Numbered from the stretch's first letter, positions 1 through 10,398 are shown. The stretch: 64,000 bases of DNA from an uncultured Candidatus Binatia bacterium (GCA_965213675.1 OZ243916.1:1248001-1312000), one strand, 5' to 3'. Notes: a model not told the origin generated them from the letters alone. Numbers and translations: made by a program.

Positions 1-1726
1 GCGACTCCGGGTGTTTCGCCTGGACGTTCCGGACCACGCGGTGCCAGGCCGCTTCCACCTCCTCCGGGCTGGCGGCTCCGAGATGGACCCCGCCCGCGTC
101 CGACTTGTGGGGCACGTCTGGCGACTGAACCTTCAGCGCCACCGGAACACCGAGGCGCCCGGCGATGTCCAGCGCATCCTCAGGCGTTTCGGCGAGTTCC
201 TCCCGCGTCATGACGATGCCGGTGCGCGCCAGTATCTGTTTGCTCTCGTATTCGGTCAGCGCGCCGCCACGCTCCGGCGCCTGGAAGTCCACCGATGCCG
301 CGGGCGTACGCGGACCCTTCAGCCGGCGGCGGAACGCCGCGTAGTCCACGAGCCGCCGCACCGCCTTCATGCCGCCGGCCACGTCCTCCACCATGGGCAC
401 GCCGGTGTCCGCGGAAAAGGTCCGGTAGTCGCCAGTAAGGCTGTTGGAGGCCAGCGACAACACGAACAGCGGCTTCGCCGACTTCCCCGCGCATGCCACC
501 GCCTGATCCAGGAGCTTCTGCTGGCCTGGGCCGGCGGCGCGCCTGGCGCTCAGCGCCATTCCGACCAGATCGATGCCATCGTCGTCCAGGAGCGCGTGGA
601 GCACCGTGGTGAGGTTGTCTCCGCGCTCGATGCGCGGCATCCCCACGGTGTCGATGGGATTGCCGAAGGGGCGGTCGTGGACCCCCAGGATTTCCTGAAG
701 CCGTTGGTTGACGGCCACCGGCAAGGGCGGACACTCGAGTCCGGCGGTGGCGTTGACGTCGCTGATGAGCGCCGTGGCGCCGCCGGAAATGGTGAGGAAC
801 ACAACCTTGCCCCCCGCCGGCAAGGGGGCGTGGAGGAACAGGCCAGCGGTCTCCACCAACTCGTCGATGGTCTCCACGGCGGCCACTCCGGTCTCGCGGA
901 ACAGGGCCGTATAGGCCTCCTGGCGCCCGGCCAGGGTGCCGGTGTGGGCGACGGTGGCGCGCCGGCCCGGCTCGGTGCGCCCGAGCTTCAACACGACCAC
1001 GGGCTTCTTGCGGGTGGCGGCGGCAAGCACACGGCGAAGCCTGGGGCCGTCCTTGGCCCCTTCCATGAGACAGGCGATCACCTGCGTCTCCGGGTCGCCG
1101 GCGAGGTATTCGATGTAGTCCGCCATCTCCACCACGGCCTCGTTGCCGCTGGAGATGATGTAGTTGAGGCCGATGTTCCGGCTCGCTGCCAATTCGGTGA
1201 CGGCGTTGGTCAGGCCGCCGCTCTGGGAAATGAGCGACACGCCGCCGGGAACGGCATCTGCCGGGATGGAGAAGTAGGAGTTGGCGAAGCCGTACTTGAG
1301 GCTCGCCAACCCCATGCAGCAAGGGCCGGTCACCGCCATCCCGCCGGCGGCGGCCAAACGCTGCAGCTCTTCCTGACGCTGCCGGCCGGCCGGCGTGTTG
1401 CCGTCCGCGAAACCCTCGGCCACAACGATGCCCGAAGGCACACCCGCGCTCACCGCTTCCTCGATGACTTCCAGCACCCGCGTGACCGGCAACGCCACCA
1501 CCACACAGTCCGGCGTCTCCGGCAAGGCGCGCACCGACGCGTAACAGGGCTTGCCGCGGACCTCGTCGTAGTTGGGATTCACCGGATAGACCGCGCCATG
1601 AAAGCCCGACGCGAGCACGTTCCCCAGGATCCGTCCACCGGTGCCTGCCTTGGGAGATGCGCCCACCACCGCTACGGAACGTGGCCGGAGCAGCGCCCTC
1701 AGATTGTCGGTTCCGCTCAAGTCCAT
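1..1726 (-). CDS. Acetate--CoA ligase family (NDP-forming acyl-CoA synthetase), 3' end runs off the window
   Basis: Translated by hand; absent from the ORF track because no stop falls in the window. N-terminus MDLSGTDNLRALLRPRSVAVVGASPK...VYPVNP (CoA-binding domain); ATP-grasp segment PVALKVQSPDVPHKSDAGGV near position 100. Confidence 0.9.
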   Translation of the reverse strand, partial: MDLSGTDNLRALLRPRSVAVVGASPKAGTGGRILGNVLASGFHGAVYPVNPNYDEVRGKPCYASVRALPETPDCVVVALPVTRVLEVIEEAVSAGVPSGIVVAEGFADGNTPAGRQRQEELQRLAAAGGMAVTGPCCMGLASLKYGFANSYFSIPADAVPGGVSLISQSGGLTNAVTELAASRNIGLNYIISSGNEAVVEMADYIEYLAGDPETQVIACLMEGAKDGPRLRRVLAAATRKKPVVVLKLGRTEPGRRATVAHTGTLAGRQEAYTALFRETGVAAVETIDELVETAGLFLHAPLPAGGKVVFLTISGGATALISDVNATAGLECPPLPVAVNQRLQEILGVHDRPFGNPIDTVGMPRIERGDNLTTVLHALLDDDGIDLVGMALSARRAAGPGQQKLLDQAVACAGKSAKPLFVLSLASNSLTGDYRTFSADTGVPMVEDVAGGMKAVRRLVDYAAFRRRLKGPRTPAASVDFQAPERGGALTEYESKQILARTGIVMTREELAETPEDALDIAGRLGVPVALKVQSPDVPHKSDAGGVHLGAASPEEVEAAWHRVVRNVQAKHPES

Positions 1727-1909
1727 TGCAAAATCGGTAACTTGCAGGGATCCGGTTCGCGCCGCGCGCGGCGGTTTGCGCCCATCCTGGCAGCCGGTGG
1801 ATGCCCTTTATCTCCCAACTCCCTGAATTTCCGAAAAAAACCACTGCCCGCATATTGTGCAATTCGTTGAATTGCGGATGGAAAGGGCGGTTTATCGTGC
1901 GTGAAAGCG

Positions 1910-1931
1910 TTATTCACAGACCTTATCCACA
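1910..1931 (+). promoter_or_regulatory. Pair of DnaA-box consensus sites (TTATTCACA, TTATCCACA)
   Basis: Both match TT(A/T)TNCACA, lie 4 bp apart, and sit in an AT-richer intergenic gap. Confidence 0.45.
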
Positions 1932-2000
1932 GAAGCTGTTACTGAATTGACAGGCTGACCTGACATTGACGCTTCCTCCACCGACTCCTCCTGCCCCACG

Positions 2001-3056
2001 TTACCGGGCCGTGGGCACCCCGGGATCAGCGGGTTCGTGCCTGTCACGATCGCGCACGTGGTCGTACTGGCGGGCGAACCAGCGCATGTAATCGCCGTAG
2101 GTCGTGGGCTCATAGCGGGGCGGGTTGTCCGGCCCCTGACACGTGGGCAGACATGCCATGGGGAAATCATGAGTCGCGTCGAAGAAGAACGGGATGGCGT
2201 AGCGGTCACGTCCGGCGTTGCGGTTCACCACCCGGTGCGGCGTCGACAGGAACCGGTGGTTGGTCCAGCGGCGCAGCATGTCCCCGGAGTTGACCAGGAA
2301 GGCGTCGGGCACCACGGGCGCGTCCACCCATGCGCCGGAGGGCATGCCGATGGCCAGACCGGGAAGTTCCGACTGCGGCAGCATGGTGAGGAAACTCGAA
2401 TCCGTGTGGGGCGCCAAGCCGTACTGATCGGTATCGCCCTGCTCCGCGGGCGGGTAGTGAGACAGGCGCAGGGTGTACTGGGGCTCGCGGAACGCCTCGG
2501 CGAAATAGTCCGGCGGCAGGCCCAACGCCGCCGCGTAGACCGGCAGCATGCGCTTGCACAGCCCCTCCATGGCGTCGAGATACCGCACCACGGTCTCCCG
2601 GAAACCCGGTAGAACGCGCGCGTCGGGCCACGGATTGGCGCAGCGGTAGCGAACTCCCGCCACCACATCCGGGTGATCCAGCGGCAGATCGCGCTTGAGG
2701 AAGAACGCCTCCACGAAGTTGGGGTGCGTGGCCGTTTCCACCCGGGAACTGCGGGACACGTAGCCGTTGAGCGGCATGTAGCCCACGTTGTGCTCGTTCC
2801 CACGAACCGCCGTCTTCAAGGCCGCCGGTTGCGCGTGGAAGCGCGCGCATTCGGCGAACACCGCGTCGACGAGGGCCTGCGGCACCCCGTGTCCGTGGAT
2901 GTAGTAGAAGCCCACACGCTCCAGGGCGTGGCGCAATTCCGCGGCCAGGGGTGGCAGCGCGCCAGGGACGCCGGCCAGGTAATCGGTCAGATCCAGCACC
3001 GGAATGCCGCTGGCGGCCGCGGCTTTGTGCGCGGGCCCGCGCAGCCCTTTCGCCAT
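2001..3056 (-). CDS. Isopenicillin N synthase family 2OG-Fe(II) oxygenase
   Basis: IPVLDL N-terminus, HTD...H triad (APHTDSS, STPHRV), RYAIPFF. Start moved to the ATG at 3056, just after the upstream gene. Confidence 0.9.
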   Translation of the reverse strand: MAKGLRGPAHKAAAASGIPVLDLTDYLAGVPGALPPLAAELRHALERVGFYYIHGHGVPQALVDAVFAECARFHAQPAALKTAVRGNEHNVGYMPLNGYVSRSSRVETATHPNFVEAFFLKRDLPLDHPDVVAGVRYRCANPWPDARVLPGFRETVVRYLDAMEGLCKRMLPVYAAALGLPPDYFAEAFREPQYTLRLSHYPPAEQGDTDQYGLAPHTDSSFLTMLPQSELPGLAIGMPSGAWVDAPVVPDAFLVNSGDMLRRWTNHRFLSTPHRVVNRNAGRDRYAIPFFFDATHDFPMACLPTCQGPDNPPRYEPTTYGDYMRWFARQYDHVRDRDRHEPADPGVPTAR

Positions 3057-3061
3057 CCCGG

Positions 3062-3616
3062 TCACTCCGTGGGCAGAACCGGCATGCCCTCGGGCGCGCC
3101 GATGGCGAAGGCGTTGAGCGAACACGCAAGGCCGACGTAGCCGCCGATGATGCCCGTCAGCTCCGCCAGCCGGTGGTCGCCCAAGCGCTCGCGCAACGCC
3201 TGAAACGTGGCTTCGGTGACGCGGTGCGGCGGCCGGAGCAGCTCCTGTACGTATTTCACGAACGGCGCCTCGTTCTCGTCGAGCCCTTTGGGGGCGGTGC
3301 GGTCGCGAATGGCCGCCACCGTCGCCTCGGGCACCCCGGCGTCGAGGGCGTGCCCGGAGTGGGCGGCCCATTCGTACACGCAGTCCATCTCCCGGGCCAC
3401 CGTGCAGATGACCAGTTCCTTCTCCCTTGGGGGAAGTTCCGAGGTGAACAGTGAATATCCTACGAGGTGCGCGGTCCGGGCGGCCAGATCCGGGCAATGG
3501 AGCAGGTTGCCGTAGGGCGCGCTGATGCGTTTCCGGCTGGCCATGATGGCGTCGTAGTGGCGCCGCTGGTCCGCCGGAATGGCCTCTCGTTCCGTGATCT
3601 GCGGAAGTCGTGACAT
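3062..3616 (-). CDS. Carboxymuconolactone decarboxylase/AhpD-like family protein
   Basis: LPPREKELVICTVARE..C.YEWAAH...ALDAGV pattern. Confidence 0.8.
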   Translation of the reverse strand: MSRLPQITEREAIPADQRRHYDAIMASRKRISAPYGNLLHCPDLAARTAHLVGYSLFTSELPPREKELVICTVAREMDCVYEWAAHSGHALDAGVPEATVAAIRDRTAPKGLDENEAPFVKYVQELLRPPHRVTEATFQALRERLGDHRLAELTGIIGGYVGLACSLNAFAIGAPEGMPVLPTE

Positions 3617-3638
3617 GCGCGGGTAGGTGGCGGTCCCG

Positions 3639-5114
3639 TCACAGCGCCGGCGTGGTGGCCGGGGCCTTGCGGTGGTGCGTGGCCTGCTCGTAGGCGTAGG
3701 CGAACCCGATCATGCGGCCGTCGTCATAGGGCCGTCCAAGAAAGGTGATCCCGGCCGGAAGACCGTCCCGGGTGAAGCCGCCGGGCACCACCACCGACGA
3801 AACGAAGATCAGGAACGTGTTGATGTGAGGCACCCCTCTCATGTTGACCCATGGCGGCTTGATGCCCTCGGTAATCAACGTCGGCTGGTGCTCCACCGAC
3901 TTGTGCACGATGGCGTCCAGCTTGTGGTCGGCCATGACCTTCAACAGGTTGCCCATGAGCTTCTCGCGGGCCACCAGGTACTGGTAGTGCTTGTCCGCGT
4001 CCAGGGGCGCTTTCCAGCGGTTCTGGGCGTTGTAGTGGACCTTGGCGAACTCCGCCGACGCCATGGCCTCCTGGCGAGACTCGAACGGCCGCCTGGCGCT
4101 GCGGCCGTAGTACCGCTTGAAGGCTTCGTCGGCGCTGTCGGGGTTCCACGACCGCTTGGCCAGCAGCTCGTTGAGCTGTGGTATCTCCACCGGGTCCACC
4201 ACTTCCGCCCCCGCGGCCTTGAGGTCCGCCACCGCCTTGTCGAACACCTCGGTGACCTGCCGGAAGTCGTCGGTGTCCGGCTCCGCCATGTAACCCATGG
4301 GCTCGCGCAGGATCCCGAGACGGGCGCCCTTGAGGCCGTTGGCGTCCAGGAAGTCGGTGTAGCTCGGGGGTACGTGCCCCACGCCGCGGGCGGTCACCGG
4401 GTCCTCTGGATCGTAGCCCACCATCGCGTCCAGCAGCCGCGCCATGTCGCCCACCGTGCGGCACATGGGGCCCAGCGAGCCGGTCATGTCGGGCCAGCCG
4501 TCGTACACGCCGCCCCGGCTCACCAGCCCGGGCGTAGGGCGCATGCCGGCGACGCAGTTCCAGGTGGAGGGGCGGCGGATGGACGCGTAACCCTCCTGCC
4601 CCACCGCCACGGTGGCGAAGTTGGCGGACACGGCCCCGCCGGAGCCCCCGGAGGAACCCCCCACCGTGCGCTCGATATCGTAGGGGTTGCGGCTCGACCC
4701 GAACAACGAGCCGTGGGTATCGCCTCCGCCCAGCTCCCCCAGGGTGGCTTTGGCCAGGATGATGGCGCCGGCCTTCTTGAGTTGCTCCACCACGAAGCAA
4801 TCTCGGTCGGGATAGTAGTCCTTGAACAGGACGCTCCCCAGGGTGGTGGGCATCCCCTTGGCGTCCCCTTGGTCCTTGAAGACGATGGGAATGCCGTGAA
4901 GCGGCCCGGTCAGGGGCGAGGCGCCGAGCCGGTCGGCTTCCTCCAGCGCATTGGGATTGACCGTAATGATGCAGTTGAGGGCCGGACCCTTCTTGTCGTA
5001 GGCATTGATTCGTTCGATGTACGCCTGCACCAGCTCGCGAGGGGTAAGCTGCCCCGATTCATAGGCCTTGTGGATGGCGTCTATCGTGGTGTCGACTATG
5101 TCGAACGTGCTCAT
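3639..5114 (-). CDS. Amidase signature family protein
   Basis: GPLHGIPIVFKD, GGSSGGSG, GYASIRRPS (Ser-cisSer-Lys triad region). AGGAG RBS precedes ATG 5114. Confidence 0.92.
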   Translation of the reverse strand: MSTFDIVDTTIDAIHKAYESGQLTPRELVQAYIERINAYDKKGPALNCIITVNPNALEEADRLGASPLTGPLHGIPIVFKDQGDAKGMPTTLGSVLFKDYYPDRDCFVVEQLKKAGAIILAKATLGELGGGDTHGSLFGSSRNPYDIERTVGGSSGGSGGAVSANFATVAVGQEGYASIRRPSTWNCVAGMRPTPGLVSRGGVYDGWPDMTGSLGPMCRTVGDMARLLDAMVGYDPEDPVTARGVGHVPPSYTDFLDANGLKGARLGILREPMGYMAEPDTDDFRQVTEVFDKAVADLKAAGAEVVDPVEIPQLNELLAKRSWNPDSADEAFKRYYGRSARRPFESRQEAMASAEFAKVHYNAQNRWKAPLDADKHYQYLVAREKLMGNLLKVMADHKLDAIVHKSVEHQPTLITEGIKPPWVNMRGVPHINTFLIFVSSVVVPGGFTRDGLPAGITFLGRPYDDGRMIGFAYAYEQATHHRKAPATTPAL

Positions 5115-5189
5115 GTGAATCTCCTGCCGAATACGGCTGTCCGGCAACCTGCCGAACTCCACTTCCCCGCGATTCGGCGCTTGACCCTG

Positions 5190-5281
5190 GTCACCCCGGA
5201 CTTGATCCGGGGTCCAGGAGCGGTGGGGCGGGGTGGACCCCCCGCCACCTCCCCTGGATTCCGGGTCAAGCCCGGAATGAC
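5190..5281. repeat. REP/dRS3-like palindromic intergenic element (two hairpins in inverted arrangement)
   Basis: GTCACCCCGGACTTGATCCGGGGTCCA...CTGGATTCCGGGTCAAGCCCGGAATGAC. Confidence 0.8.
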
Positions 5282-5285
5282 GGAT

Positions 5286-6119
5286 TTAGAAAAACGCCAG
5301 AGTGCGCATCTCGATGCTTTCACGGGGCGGAGCGTCGGCCGGCGTGTCCGGGTCGTCGAAGGCCGAATGCAGGGTCCAGCGCGCGCGCCCGTCCTTCTCG
5401 GACTCGAAGGTCTTGAACACCACGGCCTCGTGCCGCTCCATGTGCGGGAAGTAGTACCAGTAATGCTCGGGATTGAAGGTGTAGTGCAACGTCTCGCCGC
5501 GGCGGTCCGGGTAGATGCGCGCGGTGGGGATGGCGCCCTCCATGCCAGTGCTGCGCGCGTCGCAGATGGCCAGCGGGTCCCGTGTCACCGGCCGGTTGAT
5601 GGGCCGCCACGTCTGAATCACGCCGAACCGCCCCTTGAGCAGCTCCTCGGCCTCGTCCGGCAGGATGTCGCGCACCCGCTGCGGCCCGGACCAGTCGGTG
5701 TAGTCGTTGTGGGCGCTGCGCACCGGGCCGCTCACCTGCTTCGCCTCCCGCGTGACCTCGTCGCCCGACCGCAGCGTGTGGTCGAACACCACCACGCGTT
5801 TCGCCCCGGAGGTCTTCTTCACAAGCTCTTCGGTCTCCTTGTAGTAGACCGTCCGCACCTCCTCCTGGTCGTAGAAGTCCCTCATCTGCGTATCGTGGCG
5901 CACCAGCACAAAGCCTTCGCGTTCCAGCGAGAGCCCGCCGGGCAGGAGCCGCGCGTTGTGAATCGAGACCGTGTGGCTCTCGTACTTGCCCCTGCGCTTC
6001 TGGTCGGCCTCCTTCTGGGTCATGCCGCCGAAGCTCGCCGGGGCTTCGGTGTCCTTGCTCAGGTAGTTGACCACGCCATGGATGGATTCCGGCTGTGCCG
6101 CCAACTGGGGTTTCGCCAT
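5286..6119 (-). CDS. CmcJ/NvfI family 2OG-Fe(II) oxidoreductase (often mis-annotated as a methyltransferase)
   Basis: LSLEREGFVLV, VVVFDHTLR, AHNDYT, WRPI..PV.RDPLAICDARS, HSAFDDP, RESIEMR. Confidence 0.85.
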   Translation of the reverse strand: MAKPQLAAQPESIHGVVNYLSKDTEAPASFGGMTQKEADQKRRGKYESHTVSIHNARLLPGGLSLEREGFVLVRHDTQMRDFYDQEEVRTVYYKETEELVKKTSGAKRVVVFDHTLRSGDEVTREAKQVSGPVRSAHNDYTDWSGPQRVRDILPDEAEELLKGRFGVIQTWRPINRPVTRDPLAICDARSTGMEGAIPTARIYPDRRGETLHYTFNPEHYWYYFPHMERHEAVVFKTFESEKDGRARWTLHSAFDDPDTPADAPPRESIEMRTLAFF

Positions 6120-6162
6120 CGCGCCCTCCTTCGAATCGGGGAATCCCGCCGGCCGAACCGGA

Positions 6163-7281
6163 TCAGTCGAAACCATAGAACCGCGCGCAGTTGTCCCACA
6201 GGATCTTGCGCTTGGCCTCATCGGACAGATCGAGTTCCAGAAATTCCTTCACGGCGTAGGGATACCTGGAGTCGCCGTGGGGATAGTCGGTGGAGAAGAC
6301 GAGCTGGTCGCAGCCGAACTCCTCGATGGTGAACCGCGCCGGGGTCTCATCCGGCTCGATGGAAATCCAGCACTGGTCCTTGAAGTAATCGCTGGGTTTC
6401 CGGTCCAGGTCCTCCATATAGATGTCGCCCTCCCGCTCGTAACCTTCGTCGAAGCGCCAGAGGAGCCACGGCAGCCACGAGCAGTTGGCTTCCAGGAATG
6501 CCGCGCGGAGCTTGGGATGACGCGCGAGCACGCCGCCGCCCACAAAGCTCCCGAGCCCCATCATCTGCTCCAGGGGCTGGGAATAGACGCGCCTCAGGCC
6601 GAAGTTGGGCTCGAACTGCTCGCCGGCCTGGACCGTGCGGGACGTGGAGGCTTCGTGGAACCCGATGGGAAGGGACAACTCCTCCAGGGTATTCCAGAGG
6701 GGCTCGTAATACGCGTCGTGCAGGGGTTTGCCGTTGACCAGGTTGGACCTCAGAAAGACCGAGCGGAAGCCGTAATCACCCACCACCCGGCGCGCCTCCT
6801 CCACTGCGTCGTTGATGTCGTAGACCGAGATCATGCCGGCGCCGAACAGCCGGTTCGGGTCGGCGCTACAGAAGTCATGGAGCCAGTCGTTGTAGGCCCG
6901 CGCCAGAGCCCTGGCAAATTCCCGCGAGTGTCCCGGATAGGTGAGCACATGGAGGCCCCGGGTGGGAAACAGCACCGCCGCGTCGATGCCCTCCACATCC
7001 ATGGCCTCGAGTTGCACCTCGCCGGTCCAGCCTCTTTCGGAGTGCTCACGGTAGGTGTTCTGGTTTTTTTCGTAATTGCGGCCCTTGTGCAATTCCGCGC
7101 CGGTGCGGCGCGCGTCGATCGCCTTGTCGGGGAATCGCAGTGACAAATCCCGAACGTTCTCGGACGTGCGCCCCAGCGGAGCCTGTTCCTTGAACTCGGG
7201 CGGCAAGTACCGCGGCCACAAATCCGGGGGTTCCATGATGTGCATGTCGCTGTCGAACACCTTGAATCCGTCCCTTGCCAT
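6163..7281 (-). CDS. Amidohydrolase_2 family protein
   Basis: DSDMHIMEP, ARAYNDW, GFHE, FSTDYPHGDS, KILWDN. Confidence 0.9.
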   Translation of the reverse strand: MARDGFKVFDSDMHIMEPPDLWPRYLPPEFKEQAPLGRTSENVRDLSLRFPDKAIDARRTGAELHKGRNYEKNQNTYREHSERGWTGEVQLEAMDVEGIDAAVLFPTRGLHVLTYPGHSREFARALARAYNDWLHDFCSADPNRLFGAGMISVYDINDAVEEARRVVGDYGFRSVFLRSNLVNGKPLHDAYYEPLWNTLEELSLPIGFHEASTSRTVQAGEQFEPNFGLRRVYSQPLEQMMGLGSFVGGGVLARHPKLRAAFLEANCSWLPWLLWRFDEGYEREGDIYMEDLDRKPSDYFKDQCWISIEPDETPARFTIEEFGCDQLVFSTDYPHGDSRYPYAVKEFLELDLSDEAKRKILWDNCARFYGFD

Positions 7282-7360
7282 GAGCATGTCCCTCCAAATT
7301 GCGGGTAGCGCACACGCGCGGCCTGCCGGCCGTGGCGCGTTCCGCTTCCCCATGGGAAAG

Positions 7361-7386
7361 AAAAGCCGCCCTCGTGGAGGGCGGCT
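7361..7386 (-). terminator. Rho-independent terminator
   Basis: Minus strand AGCCGCCCTC-CAC-GAGGGCGGCT followed by a T run, immediately after the 7393 stop. Confidence 0.7.
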
Positions 7387-7392
7387 ATCGCG

Positions 7393-8454
7393 TTACTGTA
7401 CAGGATGCGGAATGTCGAGCTGGTAGAGGTTCCTGACGTTGGAATAAACGAGCTTCCGGCGGATGTCCGCCGGCAGGTGGCCCAGGTCCCGGTCGATGTA
7501 GCGCTTCGACTCCGGCCACGTGGAGTTGGCGTGGGGATAATCGTTGGACCACATGCAGTTGTCCTGGCCCCACCATTCGAAGTTGTGCCCGGCGACGGTG
7601 TCGCGGAAGAACGTCCCATAGAACTGGCCGACAAAATACTCGCTGGGGTTCTTGGTGATGGAGATCGGGTTCTCCCCCTTGAACCGGTTCCAGTAGTAGT
7701 CCCACTGCTGCAACATGAACGGCATCCAGCCGATCTCGTTTTCGACGCACACGAACTTGAGGCTGGGATGGCGCTCCATGATGCCGTAGAAGATGAAGTC
7801 GAAGACCGCGTTGATAATCTCCTGGAGCTTCAGGTTGACGCTGCCGCGGTAGGGCTCCACGCCGATGCGCCTGTTCCCGAACACCGTCTGCTTGTGGTAG
7901 CCGTGCCCGGTGAGGATGTGCAGGTGCACCGGCATCTGGAGATCCGCGGAAGCCGCCCAGAACTTCTCGTAGTGTTCCGAACGGAACGGCAGGTCCGCGT
8001 GGGGCGCCTGCCAGATGAGCGAGCCCTTGAGCCCCGCCTTGGCGCAACGCTCCAGCTCCTCCACCGCGTGGTCGATGTCGTACATGGAGATGGCGCCCAC
8101 GCCCACGAGCCGGTTGGGCGCCACCGAGCAGTAGTCCATCACCCAGTCGTTGTAGGCGCGGAACGAAACCTCCTGCAGCTTGGCGTCGTCCATGGCGAAG
8201 TGCGGCAGCAGATAGGTCGGAAAGAGCACTTCCGCGCTCACCCCATCGGTCTCCATCTCGGTGATGCGCTTGCCGGGGTCCGATCCACCGGGCTGCGTCT
8301 GGAAGCTCTCCCCCACCTTCAGCTTGGGAAAGCGCGGCACCTGCTCCTTGTACGAGGCGGGCGCCCGTTCCACCAGAGCGTCCGACGGCTCCATGACGTG
8401 GGAATCCGAGGAGATAATGACCTCGCAGCCCTCCAGTGTTCCGTTGTCTGCCAT
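7393..8454 (-). CDS. Amidohydrolase_2 family protein
   Basis: SSDSHVMEP, RAYNDW, VHLH, WSNDYPHANSTWP. Confidence 0.9.
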   Translation of the reverse strand: MADNGTLEGCEVIISSDSHVMEPSDALVERAPASYKEQVPRFPKLKVGESFQTQPGGSDPGKRITEMETDGVSAEVLFPTYLLPHFAMDDAKLQEVSFRAYNDWVMDYCSVAPNRLVGVGAISMYDIDHAVEELERCAKAGLKGSLIWQAPHADLPFRSEHYEKFWAASADLQMPVHLHILTGHGYHKQTVFGNRRIGVEPYRGSVNLKLQEIINAVFDFIFYGIMERHPSLKFVCVENEIGWMPFMLQQWDYYWNRFKGENPISITKNPSEYFVGQFYGTFFRDTVAGHNFEWWGQDNCMWSNDYPHANSTWPESKRYIDRDLGHLPADIRRKLVYSNVRNLYQLDIPHPVQ

Positions 8455-8544
8455 TTTATTCTACCCCCTTGTCTACGTTTCATGCACGGATAGGCTTTTG
8501 ACACAGGCTCTACACCACCACCGTTCCGCCGTCAAGAATGGCGC

Positions 8545-9726
8545 CTACGAGGTCACCCCGCCTGCGCGCAAGTCCGCCAAGGCGGCGGCGTCGTATCCGA
8601 GTTCCCGGAGGATTTCCTCGGTGTTCTCGCCCAGGAGCGGCGCCGGCCGGTGAAACCGCATGGGCGTGTCGGAGAGACGGATGGCGTTGCCGATGAGGTT
8701 GCTCGAGCCCATCTTCGGATGGTGGATCTCCTGGGGCAGGCCCATCTCCTTCACCTGCGGGTCGTCCAGCACTTCCTCGATCCTGTAGATGGGGGCGTTG
8801 GGAACGCTCACCGCATCCAGCGCCGCCAGCCAGTGGTCCCGTGGCTGTTTCTCGAACTCCGCCTGCAGGATCGGAACGATGTCGTAGTGGTGGCGCCAGC
8901 GGTCGTTGCGGGTGGCGAAGCGCGGATCGCTCAGGAGGTCCGGGCGTCCCACCGCGCGCACCAGTCCCTCCCACGCCTTCTGGTGCCCGGACAGGTGGAT
9001 CACCAGCGGCTTCCGGTCGCCGGGAACGAAGCAGTAGATGCGTCCGCGCGGGAAGTTCTCCCGGGTGATGGCCTCGCCGCCGTTCAGGTAATCGGCCATG
9101 TGGGATTCGATGAACGCAAGGCTGATGCGCAGCAGCGACGCGTCCACGAACTGGCCGCGGCCGGTGTGGTGGCGCGCCAGCAACGCCGCCAGGATGCCGT
9201 AGCAGGCGAACACCCCGGTGGAGTGGTCGGTGACCGACACCCCCACCACCTTGGGCTGGTCGAAGTCGGACATGAGGCTCAACATGCCGCTCAGCGCCTG
9301 ACCGATGGTATCGAAGCCCGGCTTGTCGCGGTACGGCCCCTCCTGACCGTAGCCGGTAATGGAGCAATGGATCAGCCTCGGATTGAGCTTCGCGAGCCGC
9401 TCGTAGTCGAGTCCCAGCTTCGAGCGTGTCGCCGGCCGGAAGTTCTCCAGCAGAATGTCCGCCCGCTCAAGCAGCTTGAGCAGAATCTCCTTCCCTTGGG
9501 GCGTGCGCAGGTCCAGGGTGAGGCTCCGCTTGTTGCGGTTGAGCGCCCGGAAGCTGGGCCCATAACCCTCGTACAGCGGATTCCGCCCGCGGTGCGTGTC
9601 GCCACCGTCGGGCAGCTCCACCTTGATGACGTCGCAGCCCAGGTCCCCGAGCAGACTGCCGCAAAACGGCCCGGCCACGTGCCCGCTGAGATCCAGCGCC
9701 ATGGTCCCCTGCAATGCCGCGTTCAT
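8545..9726 (-). CDS. CaiB/BaiF family III CoA-transferase
   Basis: AGPFCGSLLGDLGCDVIKVE, NRNKRSLTLDL, ENFRP, ITGYGQEGPY, APLLGE. Confidence 0.93.
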   Translation of the reverse strand: MNAALQGTMALDLSGHVAGPFCGSLLGDLGCDVIKVELPDGGDTHRGRNPLYEGYGPSFRALNRNKRSLTLDLRTPQGKEILLKLLERADILLENFRPATRSKLGLDYERLAKLNPRLIHCSITGYGQEGPYRDKPGFDTIGQALSGMLSLMSDFDQPKVVGVSVTDHSTGVFACYGILAALLARHHTGRGQFVDASLLRISLAFIESHMADYLNGGEAITRENFPRGRIYCFVPGDRKPLVIHLSGHQKAWEGLVRAVGRPDLLSDPRFATRNDRWRHHYDIVPILQAEFEKQPRDHWLAALDAVSVPNAPIYRIEEVLDDPQVKEMGLPQEIHHPKMGSSNLIGNAIRLSDTPMRFHRPAPLLGENTEEILRELGYDAAALADLRAGGVTS

Positions 9727-10017
9727 GATTCAGGATGTCCCCTTTTCTTTTTGCGTTCCACAAACGGACGAATCGCGCCGATCGTGCGATGGTCCCGGCA
9801 CCGGGATCCTCGGGCATGACGAGGCCCGGCAGGATCTGCAACCGCTGGTCGCCGGTGAGTTGCAGCAGGCGTATTCGGCGTCTTCCTCCTAGGCGAGGGA
9901 GGCAATTTTGCGAACGACCTTTTCCATGACTTTGCATGGCAACCTGCGGCCGTTTTCCATTATAACCGATAGGGATCATGGTGGGGAACCGAACCCCGGC
10001 GCATCAAGGGAGGGACC

Positions 10018-10398
10018 GTGAAGGACGGGATCGTGGAAGGGATCGAAGGCGAGTGGGTGGTCGTGACCACCCGCGAAATGGCGGCGGCGCACATCGCCGG
10101 CGAAGGCATCCTGGTGTATTCGACGCCGGCGATGGTCGGACACATGGAGCGCGCCTGCGTGGAAGCGGTACGCCCCTACCTCGAAGACGACGAGGTGTCC
10201 CTGGGCGTGCGGGTGGACATCGTCCACATCGCCGGCACCGGCATGGGCGAGACCGTCCGCACCAGCGCAAAGCTCACCCGCGTGGAAGGACGCCGCCTGA
10301 GCTTCACCGTGGAGGCCCACAACCAGCGCGAAAAGATCGGCGAGGGCCGGCACCAACGCGCGGTGGTGAAGCGGGACCGGCTGCCCGCGAAGGAGTGA
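10018..10398 (+). CDS. FlK-like (fluoroacetyl-CoA) hotdog thioesterase
   Basis: VYSTPAMVGHMERAC, SLGVRVDIVH, IGEGRHQRAVV. GGAGG RBS. Confidence 0.85.
   Translation: MKDGIVEGIEGEWVVVTTREMAAAHIAGEGILVYSTPAMVGHMERACVEAVRPYLEDDEVSLGVRVDIVHIAGTGMGETVRTSAKLTRVEGRRLSFTVEAHNQREKIGEGRHQRAVVKRDRLPAKE

Noticed and set aside
11-6332. Long plus-strand ORFs 11..1870 and 3627..6332, and similar ones such as 18259..20472, 33061..35451, 40931..43306 and 59731..61590
   Set aside because: These are antisense or off-frame shadows of well-supported genes. They are typical of high-GC DNA and have no recognisable motifs.
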